64,000 nucleotides of DNA from Cyanophora paradoxa CCMP329 (Eukaryota; Plantae; Glaucophyta): positions 248,001 to 312,000 of the forward strand of contig QPMI01000435.1 of NCBI GenBank assembly GCA_004431415.1, written 5' to 3'. This document shows, one piece after another, positions 42,572 through 53,952 of this stretch. The notes beneath the pieces are model-generated. The model had not been told where the DNA came from and searched no databases. It saw only the letters and a program-made list of their open reading frames with translations. The stretch's first letter is position 1. Each line of letters starts with the position of its first letter. The position numbers were made by a program, and so were the translations under genes.

Positions 42572-45500
42572 TCACACGCGCCTGTGAATGAGAGCATAGC
42601 AGTCGGAGAAAACGTTGTAAACCTCTGGGAAGCTTGGCGCCATGCCTGCCCTTGCCTGCTTAGCCTGGCGCTCTACTGCGTCGTCGAGCATGTCTTCCTC
42701 CCACGTGATGTAGCGTCGCTTTCGGCTGCCCATTTGCCCTCCGTCCGCGTCGGAGAAAGCGCGTCTCACTCCGAGGTACTTCTCCAGCAGGTACTTGATG
42801 ACTTGCCAAGACTGCTGCGAGAGCCGCTTCTTCTCACCGTCCGCTGCATCGAAGCGGGGCGCGCGCTCGTCCAGACTCTGCAGAGCCGCGTACGCCTCCC
42901 GACCCTCCGGCGACGCCAGGGCCGCGTAGGCTTCGTCCGACCACAGAGCACGCCCCGCGAGCTTTCCATACCCCCGCCAGCCGAAGAGTTTCTTGAACAG
43001 CGCGACGACCTTCGATACCTTGAGGCGCTCAGCAGTAGGCACGATCTCGGCAACGTCCGCGCCATGCTTCAGCACCAGCGTGACCACGGCAGTGAGCGGG
43101 ATGGAGTAGAACGAATCCCACATCCAGGCGACGTCTCCTTCGGTCAGCTCGCTCGGATCCTTGGCCAGGAACGCGGCGATCGACGTGCGAGCAAGCGAAG
43201 CAACCTTCTCGATGTCCAGCTTAGCGAGAGACTCGCGGGACTGCCTCCAGGCCAGCACCGTGCTCCACAGATCGACGGGCTCCAGCGCGCCCGCCTCCAG
43301 CACGCTCCTGATCTCGCGCAGCCGCTGCTCCTTCTCCTGCTTCGGTCCGCTCGGGTTTTGATCCTCCGTGACTTGCACGTTCATCAGCGCGCAGGTCGAC
43401 ATCAGCCGCAGGCGCGCTGCCACTGCGAGGCGCCGAGTGGGCATGCCGGCGCGGCGGCTCCCGCGGTGGCTAGCCTTCAGGTCCAGGTAGCGCTGCATGT
43501 CGTCCGAGCTCTCGTCGTCGTCGCTCTCACGCCAGTGCGCAGCCGCCGCGCCGACCGCAACCGAGGGCGTCCGGTTCTTGCGCACGGCGACGAGCAGGTG
43601 CTCTCCGTCGGGCGTGCTGCGTTTGCGCAGCCTTCTGACTCGAAACAGCAGCTGCACGATGTCGTCCGCCTCCAGCTGCGCGGGCTCCGCCTGGAACACG
43701 CCGTAGACCTTGTCAAAGTGCGCGTCCGAAAAGTCCACGCCTGCCCCGAGCGCGGAAGTTGCGATGAGCACGTCGCAGGCCTTGTACGCGCCCTCCTCAG
43801 ACACATCGATCGACACGATGCGCACTGGGCCCTCGTTCGTGAAGCGCACGCTCTTCTCCTTGGCCTGCCCAACGATGAGCCCGATCGTGAACGGTGCGCC
43901 GCTGCCGTCCTCGGGCCCTGCCTCGAGCTGAGTCACGTACTGAGCGCCGCCCAGGCTGAGCTGCTCCAGCGCCTGCTTCGCAATCTTCTCCTGCAGCTCG
44001 ATCGCCTTGGCCGGCGTCTCCGCGATGATCATGGCCCGCGAGCGCCCAGGTCGGCACTGCACCATGATGTCCGCCTCGACGTGCGCCGGGCTGTCTGACA
44101 CGCGCATCTTCCAGTCGCAGGTGCGATGCGAGTTGTACAGGAGCCCCAGGCGCGCCCCGACCTCCTGCGCCGACTCTGCCAGGTACGCGAGATCGACCGA
44201 CCGAACGAAGCCGTCCATCGCCACGATGCGCGATGCCTTCATCACGCCGCGCCATAGGCCCACGCAGCGCGCGTTTCGAGGCACTGACCGCATACCTAGG
44301 TGCAGGCCGGTGGGCTCGAGGGTGCCGCTCGAGGTGAGGTGCTTCGTGAGGGAGGAGAGCTCGTCCAGCACGACCAGTAGCGGCGCCGTCGACCAGCCCT
44401 CCCAGTCCTCGAGCACCTTGTGCAGCGAGTCCCATGTGATGACGACGCACCTGCACTCCTCATGGCGGAAGCCCCACTTGCCATGCGATCCCTTTGAGCT
44501 CTCCGGTGGCTTCTTGATGTCCATGTAAAGCACGGCGTCCTTTGACAACTCCGCAGCATCAATGCGACGCTTGAGGTCGCGGGAGAAGGCCCGGCGGCAA
44601 GTCACGAGGATCACTCGCCAGCCGCCTGCGAGGGCCGGGTCCAGGTACGCATCGATCAGCGCCTGCGTCTTCCCCGTGTTGAGTCCCGAGCAGATGACGT
44701 CGACCTGCGGCTGAGCGGATCTCGGGTTCTGCTCCAGCGCCCCGAATGCGGAGGTAAGGATCTTGCACGAGAGGTGGCGTTCATCCACTGCATTGACGCA
44801 AGCCTCCAGGCCCGTCGACTCGAGCGCGATCAGGAGGGAGGGGAGGGCAATGTCGAAGGCGACAGGCTGCGAGGGATCGGTCACATAGCGGGTCTGTGCC
44901 ACGCTGCCCGACTCCCCTCCGGTCCCCTCCCCTCGAGCTCGACTTCAATACCGTGCGCCTGGATGGAGATTCGAGCCGCCGGCGCCCCCGGCTGACTCCC
45001 GCCCAGGACGAGGGTGATGGACCCGTCGGGCTCGACTCCAAGGTGCTGAACGCGGCGGGCGTCGTGCAGGCCAAGGTCCGCGCGCAGCTCTGCCCCCGCC
45101 TTCCAGATCTCGTCCCTCACCGCCTTGTTCTTGCGCAGGCGGTCCAGGAGCCGCTCCAAGGCCGGCAGGCTTGGGCTCGAATCCAGGAGAGCGCCCGGCT
45201 CCGGGATGGGCTTAGCGCGGGGCGCCGAGCTTCTGGATGGAGTGGGGAGGAGCTCCGCTCGCGGCCCGGGCGCCGGCCCCCGCAGAACGTAGCCCCCGTG
45301 CCATCCACACCGAGCTCCAGGCCGCTCGAGCTCCCAAAGAACCATGCCATGAGATCGCAAGCCTCCGGGCTCTGTAGGACGTAGGCAGCCTTGAATCCAT
45401 TATCCAAGGGGCGAGAGAAAGTGAAGCCTCCGAACTTGGTTGCAAAGGCGCAGGCTGCCGCGGTGCTCGTCTCATCCTCGGCACCCGAGAAGTGGCTGGG

Positions 45501-45692
45501 GGTGATGCAGGGCGGGTGGAAGACGCAGAAAGCCGTCCCCAGGGTCGGGCTGCAGGCCTTCTGGACTTCGACGAGAGGGAATCGAACGAAAAAGCTGCAC
45601 TCCTGCTCGCTCAGATCTATCTGCTGTACCCCGGGCCCGGGCATACGGGCCAGGAAGGCGTCGACGTCGAGAGACACGCGTCCGGTTGCCAT
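42572..45692 (-). CDS. Herpesvirus UL9-like origin-binding SF2 helicase (core 42572-44902). Probable frameshifted N-terminal extension to 45692.
   Basis: SGLNTGKT, ILVTCRRAF, VVITWDSLHKV, VVLDELSS, IVAMDG, DVLIATSALGAGVDF...HFD and QLLFRVRRL motifs. Upstream overlapping ORFs 44881-45360 and 45117-45692. Confidence 0.82.
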
Positions 45693-45781
45693 GGTCGTCT
45701 CTCTATAGCTAGGCTTGGAAAATTCTAGATCTACTAGGCTAGTCGACGTCTGTTGGCTAGCTATAGTCGACGTCTGGACTG

Positions 45782-45919
45782 CTGTCTCGACCTTCTGAGA
45801 TATTAATTTAAAGATCTGGGAGGGTCGGGACAGGCTCTGGTCCGTCTGGATCCGGACTGCTCAGCGGCTGTCTCGACCTTCTGAGATATTAATTTAAAGA
45901 TCTGGGAGGGTCGGGACAG
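45782..45919 (+). repeat. Two more palindrome copies (45782-45833, 45868-45919) upstream of the helicase gene
   Basis: CTGTCTCGACCTTCTGAGATATTAATTTAAAGATCTGGGAGGGTCGGGACAG twice. Confidence 0.88.
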
Positions 45920-47101
45920 GCTTTGGTCCGACCTTAAGCGCTCAACTAGACCCGGTTGACACCGTCTTGATCTCTCCTTCTTGGCGCAGCGGACGATGTG
46001 ACGCGCAGACCGTCGGCCCGGCGGACGGGGAGGCGCGCGCGTAGAACTTCGGAAGCGCTAGCCCCTTGCTTGACCGAAGCTTAGAAAGTTTTGAGCGCAC
46101 GTGAATGCGACACGTGTAGAGAGAAGGCAGAGCGCGCCGGAGCTAGCTTGCGCGGCCGAGCGCTCGACCGCCTTTGCTCCTAAGCTCAGAAAGTTTTGGG
46201 CTCACGCGGTTGCTCCACGTGTTTCGACTCAAAACACAGTACCCCAACCCGAAAAAAAGCGCCCGGGCAGCGCATCTCGCAGCGCCCGGGCCCAGCGCTC
46301 CTTGCAGCACTTGCCAGAGGCACTAGCTTGCATTCCGCTCAGCCCGGAGAGCCGCCGCCTCGCTCCTTTCGATTCGGAGGTGCGCCTCACTTCGCAACCT
46401 CTTTCTCCGCACCACGGCTAGCTCCGGACCTCAGATTTTGGGCGCTGGAAAGCTCTCTCGACGCCGCACTCACGCCGCCACGCGCAGGGTCGCTCGCGCC
46501 GGCCGCGGACCTTCGAAAGCTCGATGGCGCCCGAGCCGGAGCACTCCGCCGCATCCCGCAGGTGCCAGCTCGCTCTCTTGCCGCTCTATCCCTTGCATTT
46601 AGCACCTAGAACATGCCCCGCAACCTCGCGCTCGATTCGCCCGCGTCCGCTGACATTTGGTCTCTGAGCAGGTGCCGAGATTGGCCGCCGCGCCTTCCGC
46701 AACTCGAGCCGACGTTCGCGGCGACTTGCGCACGCTTCTAGATCTCGTTCTCAAGCCCGCGCATCGATTCGGCGGCTCCGGCTCGCCTCCCCGCGCCTCC
46801 AGCCCCGCGCCCCACACCCGTTCTTGTCCTAGCTAAGCCCTCCCTTGTCCGCGGCCAGTCGCGGGCTACGCGCATCGCGGATAGCATCAGTGGAGCTACG
46901 TTTCAGCGCTGGACGCAGGCCCGCCCGCCCAATCCCTCCCACCTCCCGCTCGCAGCACGCTCACTGGGCCGCAGGCAGCTTCGCGGGGAGCCGCTGGATT
47001 CGAAGCCGCGCACCTTCCCCGCCCGTCCCGACGTCGTACGCGCTAACGTCGCCCGCGCCGCAGGTGGCCGCCAGGCCTCCTGCATCCAGGCCTTCGAGCC
47101 G

Positions 47102-48220
47102 GTGTGGCTGCGGGAGAAGCGCCTCGGCTTCTGGCAGGAGACGGCCTCCTGTCCCCTCACCCGCTTCATCATCGCCCACTGCGCCGTCGACCCCACCACC
47201 TTCCTCGTCGGCTCGGAGACGGAGGGCTGGATGACGAGCGTCGCGGGCATCGTCGAGTACATCGCGCGCACGGAGGGCCCGGACGCCGCCGCCGCCGTCG
47301 CCGCCGACGTCGAGAACGGCGAGCTGGACGAGACCATCGCCGCCTTCGGCCCCAGGTGCCGCCTCTTCTCCTACAGGGCCGGCGGCATCTGGCAGACCTA
47401 CATCCGCGGCATCGTCCCCAAGGCCCCCCTCTCCCTCGGCGAGAGCCAGCCGGCGCTGGAGGCGATCGCGATCCCCGTCGCCCAGTTCAAGGACCCGGCG
47501 CCCGACGTCGGGCCCTTCCTCGTCAAGCCCCACACCAAGGGCAAGGGCAAGCGCACCCGCAACTCGGCGCCGGCCTTCCTCCCGCCCCAGCCCCCGCCAC
47601 GGCCCCCCAGCAGCGCCCCGGCCAGCAGCGCATCGACGAGATGCTGCCGCGCCAGGTCCGGCCCCGCGTACCCCCGCCTTCCCTCCCGTACCCCCCTCCC
47701 CCCGCCCCCCTCCTGATCCAAGGGCAGGGTACCCCGACGAACGGCGGCGCGGGCCCGAGCGGCTACGGGAGCTCGGCCTCCTCCGCGAGCGCCGACGGCC
47801 CCAGCCCCCTCCCCGGCCCCGGCGCCATCCTCAGCGCGATCATGGGCTTCGGGGCCCAGCAGGAGGCCGAGCGGCGGGCGCTGGCGGCGCGCCAGGCGCG
47901 CGAGGCGGAGGAGCGGCGCCAGGCCCTCTGGGCCCAGCGCCTGCAGGAGGCCACCGCCTTCCGCGCCGAGCTGGAGGCGGGCTTCCGCGCGGAGCGGATG
48001 AGCGCGGCGGAGGCCGTGGAGAGCTGGCGGGCGTTCGAGGACGGACCGTGGAGCTGGCGAAGGGCCTCGGCTACAGCTACCGGCGGGCGCCGGTGCCCAC
48101 CTCGTACGCAAGGCGGGCGGCGCGCGAGGCCTCGCGGGCAAAGATCGACGCGGCGGAGGAGCAGGCGGCGCGCGAGGAGGCCGAGGACAACGCGCGCTTC
48201 CGGCACCTGCACCACTGAGG
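47102..48220 (+). CDS. Hypothetical viral protein, frameshifted, with Pro-rich linker and coiled-coil tail; start uncertain
   Basis: Strong GC3 codon bias; the plausible reading switches between ORFs 47102-47716 and 47104-48303. Confidence 0.45.
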
Positions 48221-48549
48221 CCCGAGGCGGTATTTTTTCTCAACCCTCCCTCAATTCGGTCCCGCGATGGCCTTCGAAGCTTATCCTGCCCACTACTCGC
48301 TAGGAGCCCTCGCCGCGACCCTCACCTGGCTCCTCGGCGGCACCCCCACGGCCTCGGCGGTCATCGGCGTGGGCTTTGGCTACGCCGCCAAGAGCCTCTA
48401 CGCCCCGGCTGCGCCTCGCAGGCGGCGGCCGGCATGCGCCCCGCCGGGCGCTAACTTTTCAAAGTTCATTCTCCCCTCCCCCTTTTCCGAGTTCCGAGTC
48501 CGTTGGCGTTCCCTTTTAAATTTTCTTCATTCTCGTTACACGTTCGAAG

Positions 48550-49026
48550 ATGTCGAGCGCGGTAGAGAAGCTGCTGTGCACCGTGTTCAAATCGGATTCG
48601 CGATGCAGCAAGATCGGCGAGGCGGCGAGGGCTAAGGGTGGGGCGGCGGCGGAGGGCCCAGGGTGAGGGCGGCGGATCCCGCGCCGCCGTCGCTGAAAAC
48701 GATCAAGGGGCGGGCAAGGGCAGGAGCGTGGGGGCGCTGCCCCTCGTGGCGATCGCGCCGGGGCAGAGGGAGGCGGCGCACGCGGCGACGGCGGCGCTGG
48801 CCGCGCGGCGCCAGGCGGAGGCCTACCCGTGCCTGGGCCGGGGCTGCACCCGCCGGCCGGCCGCCCCTACGCCGTGAGCGCCTACTTCGACGAGGCCAAC
48901 CGGCTGAGCTGCCAGGAGCTGTGCGACAACCGCATGCGGCGCGCCGTGGACGGGCACCTGCCGCTGCTGGTGGCGCTGGGCGGCTCGCTCCTGATGGTCT
49001 GGTACCTGCGCGGCCTGGTCATTTAG
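48550..49026 (+). CDS. Small Cys-containing protein with C-terminal TM helix (frameshifted)
   Basis: MSSAVEKLLC... start and LLVALGGSLLMVWYL end; upstream AAATTTTCTT. Confidence 0.4.
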
Positions 49027-49062
49027 ATAGTTTTTCGAAACCCGGTTGGAAGCTAGCCAAGG

Positions 49063-49388
49063 ATGAGCTGGCTCGATGCGCTGCTCACGAAGACCTTCGG
49101 CCCAAGGGCCAGCCGCGCCTGCAGTTCGGCGAGATCAACGCGGCGATTGGCGCCACGGTGGAGACGAAGAACCGAGAGAACGTCCTGCGCGGCGACGGAG
49201 GCGCGTGGGCCGACATTGCGGCGGGCGCCCTGGGCTCCGCGCTCACCGCACCGGGCAAGGCGGGCCGCGCGCTGACGGACGGGGCCGAGCGCTTCTGGCA
49301 CTGGCTCAAGGTGGCCGTTGTCATCGCCGCAGCGGTTGTGGCGGGTCTCCTGGTGCTCGAGGCTCGCGCGCTATTTTCTAAACGCTAG
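49063..49388 (+). CDS. Small membrane protein (frameshifted)
   Basis: MSWLDALL start; C-terminal VAVVIAAAVVAGLLVL. Confidence 0.5.
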
Positions 49389-49404
49389 GTAAACCGAGCG
49401 AACC

Positions 49405-49779
49405 ATGCGCGGCGGCTCTTCCCCCCGTGTTTCCTTCGCTGAGAACCCGGTGGCGAACGCAGTCGCCCCTACCCCCCTGGAGCCCGGAGTGAAGCTGGAG
49501 CGTGCGAACGCAGTCTCCGTCAAGAAGGCCAAGCGCACGCTGGCGCTGGAAGTCCCGGTCGCGGAGGATACGGAGAAGGTTGCATTCAACAAGCGCAAGA
49601 CGTACAAGGCGATACGCGAGGGACAGCTGCTGCCCACGGACTCGGTTCCCGGGCTGCCGGGCACCACGGCCGGCGAGCTCCTAGTGCGCAACCTGCGCCT
49701 GCAGTACGTCTCCCGCCTCCGCCGCTCCAAGGCCAAGAAGGCGCGCCTGGACTCGGGCGATAGCAGCTCTAGCTCGTAG
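49405..49779 (+). CDS. Basic hypothetical protein
   Basis: Clean ORF; upstream TATTTTCTAA. Confidence 0.55.
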   Translation: MRGGSSPRVSFAENPVANAVAPTPLEPGVKLERANAVSVKKAKRTLALEVPVAEDTEKVAFNKRKTYKAIREGQLLPTDSVPGLPGTTAGELLVRNLRLQYVSRLRRSKAKKARLDSGDSSSSS

Positions 49780-49806
49780 GGCTCTGTACTGTTGTATTCA
49801 ATGCCT

Positions 49807-50091
49807 TTACCAGTTCCTGTTCCTATCCCAGAGCACGACTCGGGTGAAGGGCACGGTCATAGCGAACATGAACTCGGCGAACTTGGCAAAGTTCATCAGG
49901 GTTCCCAGGCGGGGATCCTCCCAGTAGATCGCCTCGCGCAGCGCCTCGTAGACGCGCATGAGGGAGCGCTCGTTCTCCGTCGCGAAGGCGTCGCCGGGCT
50001 CGTCGGGGTCGGGATCCGTGAGCTCGGAGTACTCGTCCGAGCTGCCCGCGCTCTCGGCACCTGCGGCGGGGTCGGGCGAGGGGTCGGGCAT
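49807..50091 (-). CDS. Acidic hypothetical protein
   Basis: Clean ORF; upstream ATTTTCTGG. Confidence 0.55.
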   Translation of the reverse strand: MPDPSPDPAAGAESAGSSDEYSELTDPDPDEPGDAFATENERSLMRVYEALREAIYWEDPRLGTLMNFAKFAEFMFAMTVPFTRVVLWDRNRNW

Positions 50092-50139
50092 TCTTTGCTG
50101 GTAGAAGGGCTAGAAGAGGGACCAGAAAATCACTAGCAA

Positions 50140-50481
50140 TCACGGGCGCCGGAACTCCATCGAGTCGCCGCGCCAGTACTTGTTGCCGGAGGCGAGCAGC
50201 TTCATCGGCTCGCCCGTCGAATCGTGCTTCCAGGCCTCGCCGTCCCAGAGGGCCGTGCCGCCGTCCTCTAGCTTGAGGCGGTGGCCCGGCTCGAGACGGT
50301 TGCCGTCGAGCATGCGGCCGGCCATGAGCGCCAGGTCCCACTCGGTGAGGTTGCGCTGCTCTGCGGGGGTGAGGCCGCGCTCGACGCGCTCGGGCTGGCG
50401 CGCCTCGCGCTCCATGCGGCTGAGGCCCACCAGGAAGAAGATGGGCAGGGCAAAGGCCATGAGATCTAGCAGGGCCTCCAT
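50140..50481 (-). CDS. Hypothetical protein with N-terminal TM helix
   Basis: MEALLDLMAFALPIFFLVGL; upstream TTTTCTAAG. Confidence 0.55.
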   Translation of the reverse strand: MEALLDLMAFALPIFFLVGLSRMEREARQPERVERGLTPAEQRNLTEWDLALMAGRMLDGNRLEPGHRLKLEDGGTALWDGEAWKHDSTGEPMKLLASGNKYWRGDSMEFRRP

Positions 50482-50491
50482 TGGGCAAGAC

Positions 50492-50779
50492 TTAGAAAAG
50501 GTTCCGGACCAGGCCCGAGAGCTGCGGGCCCAGGCGCCGGGCGGCGTAGTAGAGCGCGGCCGCCGCCGCCGCAAGGATCAGCAGGCGCGGCGGGCCGCGC
50601 GCCGGCTCCTCCAGCGTCAGGTCCACGGTCTCCGGCCCGCGCGCCGGAGCCGCCAGGATCTCGGGCTCGGAGCAGAGGGACTTGGGCCCACGGCGGCGGC
50701 GCTGCTTGGGCGCCGAGGCGGCGGCGGTGAGAAGGTCCTCAGGCTCCTGCTTGATACCTGCGCAGTCAGTAAAGTCCAT
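50492..50779 (-). CDS. Hypothetical protein with C-terminal TM helix
   Basis: LLILAAAAAALYYA; upstream AATTTTCCAAG. Confidence 0.5.
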   Translation of the reverse strand: MDFTDCAGIKQEPEDLLTAAASAPKQRRRRGPKSLCSEPEILAAPARGPETVDLTLEEPARGPPRLLILAAAAAALYYAARRLGPQLSGLVRNLF

Positions 50780-50831
50780 GCTTGCTGGGTACCTTGGAAA
50801 ATTGTGGGAGGCGTCCGGAGATTGCGAACGT

Positions 50832-52228
50832 AGGAGGGGGGAGAAATGACGCGGACGCAAAAGATTCCGTCATGGGTTTTCCGTCATGGGCTGGAACTTG
50901 GACTCGGGACTCGGCCGGAATTCTCCTGGTAAGTTCGAGACTTGAACTCGGCGGGGTACCCCCTATGTCCAAATGCCCTAGTGTCCCAGAGTCCTAGTGT
51001 CCTAGTGTCCTAGTAGTACTAAGTATGTAACTAAGTAGGTCGCTCATTCTAGTCAGTACGTCAATTGTACGTCACTGAAGTCGGACTCGGCCGGCCCAAT
51101 TCGAATTCGTCAGACCATACTACTAGTATCAGATGTATACGATAGTCATACTTCAGTATGATGTCATAGCAACTTGAAATTACCTTCAAGTCGAATAGAG
51201 GGTACAGAGTCGGTACGTTAGACTTGACAAAAACACGTGTATTTTTTTACGCCGAGTTTTGCGGCCGAGTCCCGAGTCCAAGTTCCAGCCCATGACGGAA
51301 AACCCATGACGGAATTGTGACGCGTCCGCAACCTCCGCAACCTTTCAGGTAAATGTCAGGTAACTTCAGGTTAATTAATTAAGCAAGCGCTAGCAAGCAC
51401 TAGCTAGATATCACAGCTCTACCTTGCCCAAGTTGATGGTATCTAGCAAGGCCTGCTCCTCCAAGTCTGCACCACCACCGCCTCCCAGCGCTAGCGCTAG
51501 CTCGATACCGCCTCCGGCCTTGATCTCCCTTGGCTCCAGCCACCTGAGAGGCTCAGGCCACCTCCTCCTGGTGAAGCCGGTATCGTTGCTCTTGTCCAGC
51601 TTGAGGTAGCGGTAGGGCGCCGGCGCCGGCCAGTCCGGCCTGTGGCCGCTTGCCTCCTTGGCTATGTCCTTGGGCCTACGCGGTCGCAGGTCCGCCTTGG
51701 CCTTCGCCCTCTGCAGGGGCCCAGCGCCTTGAACTTCGGTGCCTTGGTCGCCGGCAGGGCCTTGGGCTGGGCTTCTGGGCTTCTGCATCTTCACCGCCTT
51801 GGGCTTCGGCATCCTTGGCTGCTTCGATTTCGGCATACTTCTTGCTCATAAATGAGAAAAGCGCCTCAAAGTCTGCCTTTATCTCCTCCTTGGACCAGGA
51901 TGTCATCTGATCCGGGTCACCTGAGAACGGCGCATCGAACGCCACGTGGAGCGATTTGCAGGCCTGGGCAATCATTGGCTCGGGCCATGCCAGCTCGATC
52001 AGCTGAAGGTAGATGTTGAGGGCCTTGTCGAGCTTGGCGCCCTGGGAGACCAGCTGGGAGATGGCGGGCTCCATGGTGGTAGACTAGCATCAGAAAATGG
52101 CGCCAAGTTCGAATCTATTTTTTACCGGGAGAGTTTGGGCCCGAGTCCCAGGTCCAAGTTCCAGCCCATGACGGAAAAACCCATGACGGAATCTTTCGCG
52201 TCCGCGTCACTTCTCCCCCCCCCCTCCT
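50832..52228. repeat. ~87-bp inverted repeat pair (50832-50917 / 52141-52228) plus a third copy (51262-51330), each with CCATGACGGAA x2
   Basis: Read directly from the sequence; a perfect 20-bp palindrome TCAGGTGAGCGCTCACCTGA follows at 52228-52247. Confidence 0.85.
51411..52074 (-). CDS. Hypothetical protein (probably frameshifted)
   Basis: Overlapping ORFs 51676-52074 and 51411-51836; upstream ATTTTCTGA. Confidence 0.45.
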
Positions 52229-52333
52229 CAGGTGAGCGCTCACCTGAACCTCACCTGAACGGCCTCTATAAGCACGCGGCACGCGGCGTTCCCCTCACAC
52301 TCTCAATCTCTCTCAACGCAACCAGCAAGCAAC

Positions 52334-52621
52334 ATGGCCCTTGTTGCCCAGTTCTTCGTCGAGGAATACACCGTGCGCGTGATCGGCGAGCCTCGCCCCC
52401 CCCTCAGGCCGCTCCCTCGCCTACACCGTGCGATCTCTCCCTCAGGCCGCTCCCTCGCCTACACATTCTTTGAGGGGTATCAGTGCAACATCTGGGTCTT
52501 GCGGAGGCAGATGGGCTCCCCCCAGATGAAGGTCGATCAGCTGCACCAGCAGTGCGGCTACCCCTTTAGCCTTGACGATAGGATGATTTCCTTTGATCTT
52601 GATGGCTCTGTATCCCTCTGA
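52334..52621 (+). CDS. Hypothetical protein
   Basis: ATG in good context downstream of TATAA (52266). Confidence 0.45.
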   Translation: MALVAQFFVEEYTVRVIGEPRPPLRPLPRLHRAISPSGRSLAYTFFEGYQCNIWVLRRQMGSPQMKVDQLHQQCGYPFSLDDRMISFDLDGSVSL

Positions 52622-52726
52622 AATTGAACGCGTGTTTCTGACTTCGTCTGAAGCTCACCTGACGCGGGCCTTAAGAGGGGCACGGGCCTCGGTTCCTCAC
52701 ACTTAACCGTAAGCCAACGAGAGAAT

Positions 52727-52972
52727 GTGCGCCCCAAGTACTTCACCTGCTGCCTGACCTTCGGCATCTTCGAGTACGAGGCCATGGAAGAGGATCTGGA
52801 CGAGAACGGCGAGATCTGCTTCAACTACTGCAGGCTGCTGCGCAACATCTCGCTGGAGTGCCGCAAGGGCGACTGCTTCCAGCACATCATGCTCAATCCC
52901 GCCAAGAACGAGATCACCCTGTACGCCGTCGCCTGCCCAGCGCCAGATTTAGACTCTCGAATATTCGCGTAG
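52727..52972 (+). CDS. Small Cys-rich hypothetical protein (start uncertain)
   Basis: Coding-like GC3 bias. Confidence 0.4.
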   Translation: MRPKYFTCCLTFGIFEYEAMEEDLDENGEICFNYCRLLRNISLECRKGDCFQHIMLNPAKNEITLYAVACPAPDLDSRIFA

Positions 52973-53116
52973 CCGCGATCGAAGCCCTTCCCTCCCCAGT
53001 GAGACGAATTGAACACGTGTTTTACCTGAATCACCCGAGCGCTCAGCTGAAGTCAGGTGGGGCGCCCTTTAAATATTTTCTAGCGCTAGGCTGATCGCAC
53101 ACTAAGCTCAGACAAC

Positions 53117-53899
53117 ATGGCCACCGTCCGCAACGCCAACGAGATCGACCCCGCCAAGCTCGCCTTCGAGATCGACGCCACCGGCCGCATCAAGGCCAAG
53201 TACGACGGCCTGCAGGGCCTCATGATGTACGCGCCGCCCATGGTCACCATCAACCCCTGCATCAACACAGAGCAAGGCAAGGCGTGGAGCGACGAGAAGA
53301 AGGCCTTCGTCATGGAAGAAAACGGCGGATTCTACACGCTGGACCTCACCGATCTCAGCGCCGTCGACGGCCAGACGAACCCCGCCGCGGACGAGTTCCT
53401 CAAGCTGCTCGAGGCCCTGGACGCGAAATTCTGCGAGTTCGTGCAGCAGAACCAGGCCAAGCTCAAGGTCTCGCCCGGCCGCTCCCTCTCCAAGGACCAG
53501 ATCTCGGTGCTGCAGACCCCCAGCGTGCGCATCAAGGTCGACAAGGAGTCGGGCCAGGCCTTCTACAAGTACCTCAACATGCGCATCCGCACCCAGACGA
53601 TGGCGGGCAAGCGCAAGACCATCCCCGTCGTCGACATGTCCAACTACCTCATCACCGAGCGCGCCACCATCGGCACCGGCGACCTGGTGGCCGCCCTCGT
53701 CAAAATCGACACCGCCTACGCCATCCCCGAGGGCAAGTTCGGCCTCAAGTGGTCCTTCCTCGCCGTGCAGCAGTGCAAGGTCGGCGCCTTTCGCTTCGCC
53801 GGGCGCGCCCCCGAGCTGGCCTTCAAGCCCTACGACAACGAGGCCGATTTCGAGCCCTACCTAAACCCCGAGTCTATGTACGCAGCCCCCATGCAGTAG
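53117..53899 (+). CDS. OB-fold ssDNA-binding protein (NCLDV DUF2738/T7 gp2.5-like)
   Basis: YTLDL...F...LEALD..F helix, GDLV..LVKI...Y....KFGLKW....VQ, and acidic tail. Confidence 0.75.
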   Translation: MATVRNANEIDPAKLAFEIDATGRIKAKYDGLQGLMMYAPPMVTINPCINTEQGKAWSDEKKAFVMEENGGFYTLDLTDLSAVDGQTNPAADEFLKLLEALDAKFCEFVQQNQAKLKVSPGRSLSKDQISVLQTPSVRIKVDKESGQAFYKYLNMRIRTQTMAGKRKTIPVVDMSNYLITERATIGTGDLVAALVKIDTAYAIPEGKFGLKWSFLAVQQCKVGAFRFAGRAPELAFKPYDNEADFEPYLNPESMYAAPMQ

Positions 53900-53952
53900 C
53901 TCGGACGAATAAATTGTGAATTTTTGGTGCAATTGATTACAAGCTTTTACAC

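Noticed and set aside
42497-44098. 533-aa plus-strand ORF and similar antisense ORFs across 39-64 kb
   Set aside because: Shadow frames of GC3-biased genes on the opposite strand; they lack the upstream motif.
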